DNA from: Octopus sinensis | Taxonomy: Eukaryota | Assembly: GCF_006345805.1 (NCBI RefSeq) | Contig: NC_042997.1 | Location: 42,160,001 to 42,224,000, forward strand | Direction of reading: 5' to 3' | Length of the DNA: 64,000 nucleotides | Shown: positions 11,898-23,804 of the stretch, one piece after another | How positions within the stretch are numbered: position 1 is the stretch's first letter | Layout of the letters: every line of letters begins with the position of its first letter | Made by a program: the position numbers and the translations under genes | The notes under the pieces: model-generated | Database searches by the model: none | Seen by the model: only the letters and a program-made list of their open reading frames with translations | What the model was told of the DNA's origin: nothing

Positions 11898-12322
11898 CAT
11901 CCATCCATCCATCCATCCATCTATGCATACATACATACATACATACACACATACATATGTGTGTATGTATGTATGTTTGTATGCATGTATGTATGTGTGT
12001 ATGTATGTATGTATGTATGTATGTATGTGTGTCGGAGGGGGTGGGCAGGCTCAATGTCTGTAGGAGGAGGATGGGAGGAAGGGGGTGTGAGTGTGTTGGG
12101 TGGTGTGGGGTTCTGTATTTGTTTTACTTGGTTTCTTCCTTTTCCTTTTTCTTTTCTTACTGGTTGCTTCCCATTCTCCTTCTGATTCGCTCTCTTTTTC
12201 TTCTGTTTCTGCTGTGGTGGTGGTGGCATTCCGTTTTTCTTGTCTGTTCCTCCATCTTTTCAGCTTGTACAGGGCAGTAGCATCAAGGGCTTCTGCCCTC
12301 TACTCTGTTCCACATTATTACA

Positions 12323-12705
12323 TCTCTCTATATATAAACGGCAGTTTGTCTGTGTGTGTGTCTGTGTGTCTGTTAGGTTGTACCCTCACCCTGACCACGG
12401 CTTTCAACCGATTCTGATGAAACTTGACACACACATAGCCCAATGTCATAATTCAAAACTAACGCAGAGAAAATTTTGAAAAGTTCCCCCAGTTCTGAAA
12501 AAAATCGATAAATTCGACATGGGGTCGAGAATCAGAAACACAAACCACAGACTGTCTAGGGGACGCAACTCGACCTTTTTAACTCTCAAAAAAATTTACC
12601 ATCATTTTTTTTCCATTTTTTTGCTATTTTTTGGCTATAACTCTCTAAAAATGCTTTATAGTTATTTCCCTTACAAACCCGAGCAACGCCGGGCGATACT
12701 GCTAG
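12323..12705 (+). mobile_element. Non-autonomous Helitron
   Basis: Starts TC after A12322; ends hairpin CCCGAGCAACGCCGGG then CTAG before T12706; removing it restores an open frame (AIEDVIMWNRVEGRSP) on minus. Confidence 0.88.
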
Positions 12706-13132
12706 TCTTCTATAGCTATTGTCTCGGGTATTTCCTCAATGATTTCTTTCGGCTCTTGAATGACCATATTTCATTTCTGTCCTTTCCAATGCATGCTTTC
12801 TATATTTGTGGCCTGGCCAACCGCTATTTCCTTCTCATTACCGAGTAAGACAGCGGCTGCTATCCAGGCCATGTCGACTTCTGGGGGGGGATACTCTCCA
12901 CACTGACCTTTTTCTTTATTATAGCCACAAGGGCTCAAAGTAGAGCGGGGACAAACAAGAACAGACAGGACACCACAGAGGGGACAATACATAAAACGAA
13001 TATGAATGAGATGATTATATAACAATGAAATTATGAATGGCTGCATGCACCCCTCATCACATGCAGTACCATTAATCTTGTTTACAGTCCATTATTATCG
13101 GGTATTTACATAACAATTAATTGACATTTAAT

Positions 13133-13539
13133 AGGCGCAGTAGTGGCTCTGTGGTAAGTAGCTTACTTACCAACCACATGGTTCCGGGTTCAGTCCCACT
13201 GCGTGGCACCTTGGGCAAGTGTCTTCTACTATAGCCTCGGGCCGACCAAAGCCTTGTGAGTGGATTTGGTAGACGGAAACTGAAAGAAGCCCGTCGTGTA
13301 TATATTTATATATATGTGTGTATATATGTGTGTGTGTGTATGTTTTTGTGTCTGTGTTTGTGCCCCTAACATCGCTTGACAACCGACGCTGGTGTGTTTA
13401 CGTCCCTGTAACTTAGCGGTTCAGCATAAGAGACTGATAGAATAAGTACTAAGCTTACAAAAGATAAGTCCTGGGGTCGATTTGCTCGACTAAAAGGTGG
13501 TACTCCAGCATGGCCGCAGTTAAATGGCTGAAACAAGAG
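13133..13539 (+). mobile_element. SINE family B, full length
   Basis: Head AGGCGCAG..TGGCTCTGTGG..GGTTCAGTCCC, CORE-like middle, internal microsatellite, tail CAGCATGGCCGCAG..CTGAAACAAG. The empty site is visible in the duplicate at ~15510. Confidence 0.9.
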
Positions 13540-13908
13540 TATACCATTGCAAGTCGCCAATCCTAGTATTCTCCAGCGGTCCACATCGGATTCTTGACGC
13601 ATTGTCTTTCCAATAAGAAGTCTTATTAGTCGCTATCTATTGATTCAGGGCTATCTAAAAGACAGTCCTTTATTAACGGTATCATGTCATCCCAGTCGAT
13701 TACTGGTTCCAACTTTTCAAACTCAACTTTAAACTGTACCTTTCCCAAGTCGCACCTTTTTTTTAACTCCTCATAGCAATTCGGTTCTATTATTATTGCT
13801 TTAGTTCCATCGTTTCTATAATCCTTAAGTAATTTTACCCGTGTTACTGGCTTCATTTTCAGGATCTCTGTTTCTGTATGTATACTCCTTTGGTATTCTA
13901 CATAATAC

Positions 13909-14718
13909 GGATCTTTTCCTTTTGAACGGCAGACAATTTCTAGGTAACTAAACACTTTAAAACTTCGTATACTGGTAGAATGTGTCAAAATAAAACAGTT
14001 TTTTCTCTTGGTTTTCTTGAGAAAATTGTAATTTGTTTGTTTAACGTAGTTTAATTTTTCGAATTTTAACCAATCCTATGCTCTCTTTTGAACTAAAATC
14101 ATTTGCTGCGTCTAAAACTGAGACAACATCCTGTAACTAACCCTAAACCTCCCCCCCTAACCCTAACCCTAACTTTTTTTTTCTTAATTGTTAAATTAAT
14201 TCAATTGTTACGCGTGTAAAAAACCGAAAGCAATGGAAAATGATTCAAACAATTAACAAACAAAATAATTCTATAATTTTATACACACACTTTCCGTACG
14301 TATACGGAAAGCGTGTGTTACGGAAAGCGTGTGTATAAAATTATAGAATTATTTTGTTTGTTAATTGTTCAAATTATTTTCGATTGCTTTAGTTTTTTTT
14401 ACATGCGTAACAATTAAATTAATTTAACAATTAAGAAAACAAAATTTTAGGGTTAGGAGGAGGTTTAGGGTTAGTGACAGGATTTTGTCTCAGTTTTAGA
14501 CGCAGCAAATGATTTTAGTTGAATAGAGGTAATCGATTGGTTAAAATTGCCGAAGTGCTCGGATTTTCAGACGAAATATCTTACAAACTATAGAATTTTC
14601 TCAATAAAGCCAAGAAAAAATGATGTTTTATAAACACATTCTACCAGTATACGAAGTTTAAAACTTTTTAGTTAACTAGAAATTGTGTTGACATCTGCCG
14701 TTCAAAAGGAAAAGATCC
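13909..14718. mobile_element. 810-bp palindromic MITE with 8-bp TSD
   Basis: Termini GGATCTTTTCCTTTTGAACGGCAGA / TCTGCCGTTCAAAAGGAAAAGATCC; arms ~390 bp; TSD CATAATAC at 13901-13908 and 14719-14726. Confidence 0.9.
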
Positions 14719-15834
14719 CATAATACCATCTCTTCTTCGTCTGGTTTTCACTCTCTCCTTTATTCCTTTTTTCTTCACCTCTCTTCAACTTCACTTATAA
14801 ACTTTCCTCTTCTGTCTTTCTTGTCACTATTATTTCTCCATTACTTCCCATCGCCTCTTTTTTCCTTTTTAGCTTCTCCGGTGGAGAACCCCTTCTGCTT
14901 TTTCTTTTCCGCGGTTTCACCTCCACGAATTCTTCCTCTCTATCCATTGTTTCAGCTTCTCCACACTCATCCACGGTTGCCTCTCTCTGCGTCGAACTCT
15001 CCTCCCTCTCTTTCTCCTTGCTTCGAGGGCAGTCCGCTTTTTCTGTCCTCTTTCGCTATACAAAAACACTGCCCTCTACCACCACATTCAACTTGTCTCC
15101 TTCTTTAGTTATGGAGTGCAGGTCTTCCAGGGTGGCTTGAATCTTCATTTCTAGCCCGTATCGCCAAAAGTCCACCTTTTGAGTTCTTGTTGCCTTAAAT
15201 ATTTTCGGACTCTGTTCCATGTGGAATAAGACTGCCGCCATAATCCACGTCTCGTTGTATTCGGGTGGGATTTTACCCACCCTTACTCGCGGTTTCTTTA
15301 TTAGCCACAAGGGCCCAAACATAGAGGGGGACAAACAAGAACAGACAGGACACCACAGAAGGGACAATACATAGAACGAATATGAATGAGATGATTATAT
15401 AACAATGAGATTATGAATGGCTGCATGCGCCCCTCATCACATGCAGCACCATTAGTCTTGTTTACAGTTCATTATTATCGGGTATTTACATAACAATTAA
15501 TTAACATGTAACATACCATTGCAAGTCGCCAATCTGTATATTCTCCAACGGTCCACATCGGATTCCTGACGCGAAATATCTGACTGCTCCGACTGTTCCG
15601 AAGAGGACAGCTCTGAGCAACTGATAACTGAGCCACTGATATTTTCTGCCATTTTTCACTCGGCCTACCCTCCTCTACGAGGAGAGAAAGCACAAACAAA
15701 CCGCCACAAGGCAGCACAAACAAAAGTGTTCAGAGAACATTACTACAAACATAAACAACAGAAAGGAAAGTCAAATTTCGTATTGACACTGGCCAGGTCA
15801 CACTTCACTCATGTCAGTCGTCCACTGAGTATAT

Positions 15835-16217
15835 GGAAGCACTCCGTCGGTTACGACGACGAGGGTTCCGGTTGATCCGAATCAACGGAACAGCCTGCTC
15901 GTGAAATTAACGTGTAAGTGGCTGAGCACTCCACAGACACGTGCACCCTTAACGTAGTTCTCGGGGATATTCAGCGTGACACAGAGAGTGACAAGGCCGG
16001 CCCTTTGAAATACAGGTACAACAGAAACAGGAGGTAAGAGTGAGAGAAAGTTGTGGTGAAAGAGTACAGCAGGGATCACTACCACCCCCTGCCGGAGCCT
16101 CTTGGAGCTTTAGGTGTTTTCGCTCAATAAACACTCACAACGCCCGGTCTGGGAATCGAAACCGCGATCCTACGACCGCGAGTCCGCTGCCCTAACCACT
16201 GGGCCATTGCACCTCCA
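15835..16217 (-). mobile_element. SINE family A
   Basis: 12-bp TSD CACTGAGTATAT at 15823-15834 and 16218-16229. Confidence 0.92.
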
Positions 16218-16578
16218 CACTGAGTATATAACACAAGCAACACACAGCAAGGAGAAGGAGACAAAAATAAAAGAACACGTGTTAACATTTTTTTCTAAAA
16301 GCGTTCAATGACGTTAACTGGAGTGCGGGGTTCGAGTAGACGTCATTCCACCTTTCGTTTATCATTAACATTCTTTTCATTCGATTTTATTTTTACTCCA
16401 CTTTTGTGTTTTGTCTGTCCTTGTGCCGTCCCCTCTGTGTTTCGACCCTGTGTGGTTAATTAAAAAAGTCAGATCGTCAACTATGTGTATGTATGTGTAG
16501 ATGGTGTGTGTGCGTGTTGACACTGGCTAGCCCGCTCTTCACGCATGTTAGTCGTCAGGTATGTATATGCATGTGTAG

Positions 16579-16640
<62 letters not shown>

Positions 16641-16647
16641 GTGTGTA

Positions 16648-17465
16648 TTACCCACAAGGGGCTAAACAGAGGGGACAAACAAGGACAGACAAAGGGATTA
16701 AATCGATTACATCGACCCCAGTGCGCAACTGGTATTTATTTAATCGACCCCGAAAGGATGAAAGGCAAAGTCGACCTCGGTGGTATTTGAACTCAGAACG
16801 TAGCGGCAGACGAAATACTTATTTCTTTACTACCCACAAGGGGCTAAACACAGAGGGGACAAACAAGGACAGACAAAGGGATTAAATCGATTACATCGAC
16901 CCCAGTGCGCAACTGGTATTTATTTAATCGACCCCGAAAGGATGAAAGGCAAAGTCGACCTCGGTGGTATTTGAACTCAGAACGTAGCGGCAGACGAAAT
17001 ACTTATTTCTTTACTACCCACAAGGGGCTAAACACAGAGAGGACAAACAAGGACAGACAAACGGATTAAATCGATTACATCGACCCCAGTGCGCAACTGG
17101 TATTTATTTAATCGACCCCGAAAGGATGAAAGGCAAAGTCGACCTCGGTGGTATTTGAACTCAGAACGTAGCGGCAGACGAAATACTTATTTCTTTACTA
17201 CCCACAAGGGGCTAAATACAGAGAGGACAAACAAGGACAGACAAACGGATTAAATCGATTACATCGACCCCAGTGTGTAACTGGTATTTATTTAATCGAT
17301 CCCGAAAGGATGAAAGGCAAAGTCGACCTCGGTGGTATTTGAACTCAGAACGTAGCGGCAGACGAAATACCTATTTCTTTACTATCCACAAGGGTCTAAA
17401 CACAGAGAGGACAAACAAGGACAGACAAACGGATTAAGTCGATTATATCGACCCCAGTGCGTAAC
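16648..17465 (-). repeat. Tandem array of ~4.4 x 184-bp headless SINE-C (tail 1) units
   Basis: (C/T)CCACAAGGG recurs at 16651, 16833, 17017, 17201 and 17385; units near-identical. Confidence 0.92.
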
Positions 17466-17882
17466 TTTAGGGTTCGTTTTTGTTTTCTACAACTCTAGTT
17501 TTCCTTTCTGCTCATTAATTTGCAGACTAGTGAGTGGATTTGGTAGACGGAAACTGAAAGAAGCCCGTTGTGTATATATTCTTATTTTCTTATTTTATCA
17601 CCAGCTTTTAAGGAAGTCTTGTTTGTTGTTGTTTTCGTTTTTTAGTTGGATTTTTTTTTCGTTGTCAGTGTTTTGGTAATTTCTCATCAAAATTTTTTTA
17701 CCCCAAGTAATTTTTTTTAATATATATATATTTTGCATTATAAATATAAATTGCTTCAGTTTCATATCACTATCTCGAATAAAGAACTTTTCAATTAATC
17801 TCGTTTTTAACTGATTTTCTCTAAACCTTGTGGAGGTCCAGGGTAAACAAAGTTTGAGTACTTGTGAGGTTTAAAAGTACAG

Positions 17883-17972
17883 TATTCCTTTATTCTTTTG
17901 TATTCCTTTATTCTTTTGTATTCCTTTATTCTTTTGTATTCCTTTATTCTTTTGTATTCCTTTATTCTTTTG
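17883..17972. repeat. Minisatellite, 5 x 18 bp (TATTCCTTTATTCTTTTG)
   Basis: Five perfect copies; similar to the SINE-B tail repeat at 63795-63830. Confidence 0.95.
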
Positions 17973-19044
17973 TGTTCCAGTCCAAGACTGTAGCCTTCCT
18001 GAAACACTTCAGTAGTGAATTAATTTTCCTTTAATGTAAACTACCTTTTCAAGGTTGAAATGTTTTCTTATATTTCTATCGAAACCTGGACGGCCATAAC
18101 GATCAGCACTATACCAGGTAACTTCAGACGGGGCTAAAATATTTGAGGGTCACTCACTAACTTTGCTTTTTATCTGAAATATTTTCAGAAACGAATGTTT
18201 TAGCAGTGTTGGTATTCTTTCGTAAATTTTCTAAGATTTTTCTTTCTTCTACGCTGTTTAACTCTAACTCCCAGATCTCCGGTGATGAAAGAGTTTTGTC
18301 CATTGGGAGAGAGAAAAAGGCTGCTTTTTTTCTTTCTATTTATCCCGTAATTGACTTCTACTGCTGTAGGTTGTTCACTATACATTTCAGTGATTGCTAA
18401 TGAGGCAGTGTTATAACGATTCTTTTCTCACAGAGCGTTTTAATTAATAACTAGCACAAACATAGGTAGGTGCCAGAATCGGTAGGGGCATTGGAGAAAT
18501 TACTCTAATCTCATCAGCATATTTTATTTACCCTTCTATGGACTGGTAAGATAGGAAGCAATTTAATCCGTCTTGGTTCTTCCTTGCAAAATATGTGGCT
18601 CTGTGCCAATGCTAGACCACCCGTGGAACAACAATAACACCAATTTAGCAAGATAATTAAACAATGATAACTAATTTTTTTCACGGTGTTATTCAGGATT
18701 TTCTTTGAGATGATGATGATTTCCATCCGATTCCAAAATAACAAAAACTTCATTTATTTATGCATTTTTGTTTTTTTAAAACAAGAAAGAAATCATAATC
18801 GGAAATGAAAGAAAACAAAGATGCAAAGACGGTTCCCAGATAAGATCGACTGATAATTAACTGAAGAACACAACGCCCTCTCTGGGGCGTCTGCAATCAT
18901 AAAGTTAACAAAAGATTACTGTTTGTTTTGTGATTATGTTCATAATTTTACTAATTAAATTGTTTACATTATTAATAATTGTGGCTGATAGTTTTCTGGG
19001 AATATATTGCAGAAGCATTTTTTAATTATTATTCCTCCTATAAT

Positions 19045-19475
19045 AATAATCCTTTCTACTATAGGCACAAGAGTCTGAAACTTGGGGGAGGGCGCTAATC
19101 AATTACATCGACCCCAGTGCGTAACTGGTGCTTATTCTATCGACCCCGAAAAGATGACAGGCAAAGTCGACCTTGGTGGAATTTGAACTCAGAACGCAAA
19201 GACGGGCGAAATGCCGCTAAGCATTTTCCCCGGCGCGATATCGAACCTGCCGGCTCGCTGCCTAATAATGATAATAATTCTTTCTACTAAATTTGTGTGG
19301 AGGTGGGGGCTAGTCGATTATATCAAACCCCAGTGCTCAACTGGTACTTGTTTCATCGACCGCGAAAGGATGAAATGCTAGGCCGACCTCTGCAGTAAAT
19401 TGAAATCAGAACGTAGTAAAGACGGACGAAATACTGCTTAGCATTTTGTCCGACAGGTTAAGGATCCCGCCAGCT
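19045..19475 (-). mobile_element. Two adjacent SINE-C copies; tail type 2 (ends ...GTAGAAAG(G/A)ATTATTATT)
   Basis: AATAATCCTTTCTACTATAGGCACAAG...TCGACCCCAGTG...GAACTCAGAACG...GCCGGCTCGC, repeated at ~19280-19475. Confidence 0.78.
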
Positions 19476-19546
19476 AATAATAAAAATAATAAAAATAATA
19501 ATAATAATAATAATAATAATAGTAATAATAATAATAATAATAATAA

Positions 19547-21081
19547 AAGAGAGCTTGAGCAAGAACAAACATACAAATATTTAGGGATAAATGAAGGCTC
19601 TGGTATTCAGTATGCAAGCATGAAAGAGAAGATCAGGAAGGAATGTTATAGGAGAGTTCGTGCAGTCCTGAAATCTGAACTAAATGCACGTAACAAGGTG
19701 TTAGCTATAAATTCCTTAGCAGTTCCAGTTGTTACTTATAGCTACAATGTGTTGAACTGGAATATGAGTGAAGTAAAGAATATAGATAGGAAAATACGCA
19801 AGCTGCTGAGTTGTAATAGGATGCACCACCCAAAGGCAGACGTAGATCGCCTTTACCTTCCCAGAGCCCAAGGAGGTCGAGGCCTGATCCAGTTTGAACT
19901 AGCTTACAAAACAACCACAATTGGACTGGCCAAATATCTTGAAATAACGAATGACTGGATGCTAAAGCTCGTGGAAAATCACGAGAGACGAAAGAAGCTT
20001 CATTCTATCATAAAGGAAAGCAAAAAATTTGCTATTGATCTCGTGCAGGATACCCAAACTGAACAACCCGAGGGAAGTACGGCAACTGTTGTTGCAAAGA
20101 AGGTGAAAATAATGGCAACGAAAAAAGCGCACGAGCAATTGGTTGATAGATGGGAGGAGAAACCTCTGCACGGCAAATATGTGGCCCGTAGCAAACAAGC
20201 TGATGTTGACCAGAAGCAAACCCATCAGTGGCTACGGAGCTCAGGGCTAAAAGCAGAGAGCGAAGGTTTCATCCTGGCTGCTCAAGATCAAAGCCTATTA
20301 ACCCGGAACTACCAGGCCAATGTGATGAAAAATGGAGCAGACCCAAAATGCCGATTCTGCTACGACATGATTGAAACAGTGGACCACCTAATTTCTGGAT
20401 GTAAAGTCTTAGCACCAGTGGAGTATAAATTAAGACATGACAGAGTTGGCCAATATCTACACTGGCTAATAAGTCGGCATTACAATATCAAAACTGCCGA
20501 CAAGTGGTATAATCACCACCCTGAAGCTGTAACTGAAGGAGAAAATGTAACGATTCTGTGGGACTTTCCAGTACATACAGACCGAACCATCAAAGCCAAT
20601 AAACCGGATATTGTTGTGAAAGACCAAATCAATAAAGTTTGCTTATTGATCGACATGAGCATCCTGTGATCATAATATCTCGGCGAAAGAGTTTGACAAG
20701 CTCAGAAAATATAAAGACCTGCTCATTGAAATTGAGAAAATGTGGCATCTCAAGGCGGTTACAATACCAGTAATCGTAGGAGCACTAGGAATGATCAAGA
20801 AGGGAACCGAAAATTATATGAAAATGATCCCTGGCTTACCATCCCTGCAAGAAGTGCAAAAGATTGTCTTAACTGGTACATCACACGTACTGAGAAGAGC
20901 ATTGTCGATGTGAGAACTATTACTCCCCATGTATTTTAATTTAACTTTAAAAAAAATGAACGAACTAGTGAGTTTAGTTTAATGGCCTACCAATGTATAC
21001 TATGAGTTTCTTTGCCCTGGGAGTTGGGAAGACACTCGGCAAGAAATGGAAGCAAATTTGAAAGAAGAAGAAAAAAAATTA
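19547..21081 (+). mobile_element. Dong/R4-clade LINE (restriction-like endonuclease), 5'-truncated, in (TAA)n
   Basis: YKYLG, GGRGL, WLRSSGLKAESEGFILAAQDQSL, CRFCYDMIETVDHLISGC, RHDRV, PDIVVKD..LLIDMSI; one frameshift near 20666 continues to ...HVLRRALSM* (20913); (TAA)n on both flanks. Confidence 0.93.
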
Positions 21082-21083
21082 AC

Positions 21084-21137
<54 letters not shown>

Positions 21138-21138
<1 letters not shown>

Positions 21139-21694
21139 CCCTGATGCAGTACCAAGCAGTGACTCTCGTGGCTTCTGATCTTAACTGATTGGAAGTGTTA
21201 TCACGTACATTGTTTTGTCTTGGTATAAAAGATGGGCTACAGCAAATACTCTGCCCAATACCACAGATTTGCTTGTCAGTTGTTTGACCTTAACCAGTTG
21301 AGCATGTCCCTTAGTGGCTGACGATATGTGCATCTCTGATCACGAGAAGAAGTAGTGGGGGAGCATCATAGCCATGTGTTGAGAGGGATTCTTTGGGGTT
21401 TGAATAATTCACTTCTGGAAACATGGTTGTTTCGTTCAACATCCTTAAACAACCTTTATTCAGGGACCTTTTGAGCGGGATGGGCTACTCAACCTGAAGA
21501 AAATTCTAGCTGGGCCCCACCTGCAAGGTCATGCGCTGTTTATCTTGATATGAGATCACCATGTCGCGCACATATGGCTGTGATGCACGTGCCTGGTGTA
21601 CCCTTATCAGACGGGTAGTCATGATGGGTATATAGGGCTTCGTATATTTTACCCCAGTGTCACTTTGATGGCATGCACTGCTCTCTCACTCAAG
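21138..21694 (+). mobile_element. Unclassified ~560-bp non-coding insertion bounded by (TAA)n on both sides
   Basis: Sharp GC-richer island GCCCTGATGCAG...CTCTCTCACTCAAG between TAA runs; no ORF or tRNA head. Confidence 0.55.
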
Positions 21695-21706
21695 AATAAT
21701 AATAAC

Positions 21707-21763
<57 letters not shown>

Positions 21764-21821
21764 GGTGGTGGTGGTCGTCGTCGTCGTCGTCGTCGTCGTG
21801 GTGGTCGTCGTCGTCGTCGTG

Positions 21822-21877
<56 letters not shown>

Positions 21878-21880
21878 GGT
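21695..21880. repeat. Compound trinucleotide microsatellite (TAA)-(TAG)-(TGG)-(TCG)
   Basis: Directly visible. Confidence 0.95.
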
Positions 21881-22231
21881 GTTGAAGATGATGGCAAAAT
21901 CGTTAGCGTGCTGGGCAAAATCTTTGCAGTTTTTCTTCCAGCACTTTATATTCTGTGTTCTAATGTCGCTGAGGCAAACTTTTATCTTTCATTTTCCACC
22001 TGGGAGATCAATAAAACAAAATACTAGAACAAAGATCTCGCCTTTTCCGTTGAAAATCAGAAAATCATTATTGCCGCCATTGCTGCTGCTGTTGATGCTG
22101 CTGCTAAATGGATTTTGAGGAAACATGTTTAATATGTAATATTCATGTTTAATATATAATATTCAGTTTTATGATTTCTTTTTGTTGTCTATATACCGAA
22201 AATGAGGTTAACAGTCTTACCTAGAAGGGAT

Positions 22232-22614
22232 GGGAAGCACTCCGTCGGTTACGACGACGAGGGTTCCGGTTGATCCGAATCAACGGAACAGCCTGCTCGT
22301 GAAATTAACGTGTAAGTGGCTGAGCACTCCACAGACACGTGTAACCTTAACGTAGTTCTCGGGGATATTCAGCGTGACACAGAGAGTGACAAGGCTGGCC
22401 CTTTGAAGTACAGGTACAACAGAAACAGGAAGTAAGAGTGAGAGAAAGTTGTGGTGAAAGAGTACAGCAGGGATCACCACCATCCCCTGCTGGAGCCTCG
22501 TGGAGCTTTTAGGTGCTTTCGCTCAATAAACACTCACAATGCCCAGTCTGGGAATCGAAACCGCGATCCTACGACCGCGAGTCCGCTGCCCTAACCACTG
22601 GGCCATTGCGCCTC
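22232..22614 (-). mobile_element. SINE family A
   Basis: 12-bp TSD CCTAGAAGGGAT at 22220-22231 and 22615-22626. Confidence 0.92.
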
Positions 22615-22865
22615 CCTAGAAGGGATAATCGTTTGATTATTAGAGAGAAGTAATGCACATATACCGATAATAAAGTGATTATGAGAATATATAAGTTGAG
22701 AAATAAAATTTTGAAACGTCATTCTTTTCCGTTGTTATTACAAACTCCGTGATCAAAGGCATTTCCGACGCTTCAGCACTAAACATCACTCTTCAATCCA
22801 CTCAGATACGCGGGGACTCTCCACTCAACTTGGATAGTTTCCACTAAGTTTGAATTTATAATCAA

Positions 22866-23381
22866 CTAGCAGCATAGCCCGGCATTGCCCGGGTATGTAA
22901 GAGCCCCTGGAGCAGACATGATGCTCGCTGTGAATAAAAAAAAAATTCCTGCCAATTTGTGAAAGATATTGTCGAAAATATGTCATCTTGAATTTGAACG
23001 CGATTTCCCAAAATGGCATGATTTCATCGATTTTTTCTGATGGTAAGGTATTGCATGGAAAACTAACGTCAGAATTAAGTTTCTTAGGGTAATATTAAGC
23101 TTCACCATGAATTTGGTGAAAATCGATTGCAAGTTGCGAAAACTACAACAGAAAATGTGTTGCATATAAAAAGCTTAGATTCTCGACCGCATGTCGAATT
23201 TATCGATTTTTTTTCAGAACTGGGGGAACTTTTCAAAATTTTCGCTGCGTTAGTTTTGAATTATGACATTGGGCTATGTGTGTGTCAAGTTTCATCAGAA
23301 TCGGTTGAAAGCTGTGGTCAGGGTGAGGGTACAACCTGACAGACACACAGACAGACAAACTGCCGTTTATATAGAGAGAGA
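22866..23381 (-). mobile_element. Non-autonomous Helitron (same family as 12323-12705)
   Basis: Minus strand starts TCTCTCTCTATATAAACGGCAGTTTGTC and ends CCCGGGCAATGCCGGG..CTAG; A^T insertion site. Confidence 0.88.
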
Positions 23382-23392
23382 TATCCTGGGAT

Positions 23393-23776
23393 ACTCTTTT
23401 ATCTTCTTTTACTTGTTTCAGTTATTTGACTGTGGCCATGCTGGAGCACCGCCTTTAGTCGAGCAAATCGACCCCAGGATTTATTCTTTGTAAGCCTAGT
23501 ACTTATTGTATCGGACTCTTTCGCCGAACCGCTAAGTTACGGGGACGTAAACACACCAGCATCGGTTGTCAAGCAATGCTAGGGGGACAAACACAGACAC
23601 ACAAACATATACACATACACACATACATATATAAGACGGGCTTCTTTCAGTTTCCGTCTACCAAATCACTTTGGTCGGCTCGAGGCTATAGTAGAAGAGG
23701 TGCCACACAGTGGGACTGAACACGGAACCAAGTGGTTGGTAAGCAAGCTACTTACCACACAGCCACTCCTGCGCCT
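23393..23776 (-). mobile_element. SINE family B
   Basis: Near-full match to 13133-13539. Confidence 0.88.
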
Positions 23777-23804
23777 GAATATTATATATTAAACTTGGAG
23801 ATAA

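Larger units (their letters stand above)
11100..15720 (-). mobile_element. Head-to-tail array of decayed ORF1-only (HAL1-like) L1/Tx1 derivatives, interrupted by younger elements
   Basis: Removing the MITEs, Helitron and SINE reveals two diverged ORFs: RVRVGKIPPE..WIMAAVL..VVEGS plus a decayed CCHC knuckle (15295->13626), and KVSVESIPPPE..WIAAAVL..VEGRSP*CY..CP (12910->11272). A ~290-bp module ending AATAAAGAAA precedes each. Confidence 0.6.

Noticed and set aside
14136-14474. Interstitial telomere
   Set aside because: Only a few imperfect CCCTAA/TTAGGG units, symmetrically placed inside MITE arms
15295-15510. Intron model joining MAENISGS...LATCN to RVGKIPPE via the donor AATG|GTATGT
   Set aside because: An in-frame acceptor exists only as a weak GAG in one copy and gives the wrong phase in the second copy; the segment is better explained as a LINE 3' UTR
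16648-17465. CRISPR-like regular repeat array
   Set aside because: No unique spacers; whole 184-bp units repeat and derive from a SINE; eukaryotic context
17807-18007. KEYKRI-repeat protein
   Set aside because: Translation of an 18-bp minisatellite resembling the SINE-B tail repeat
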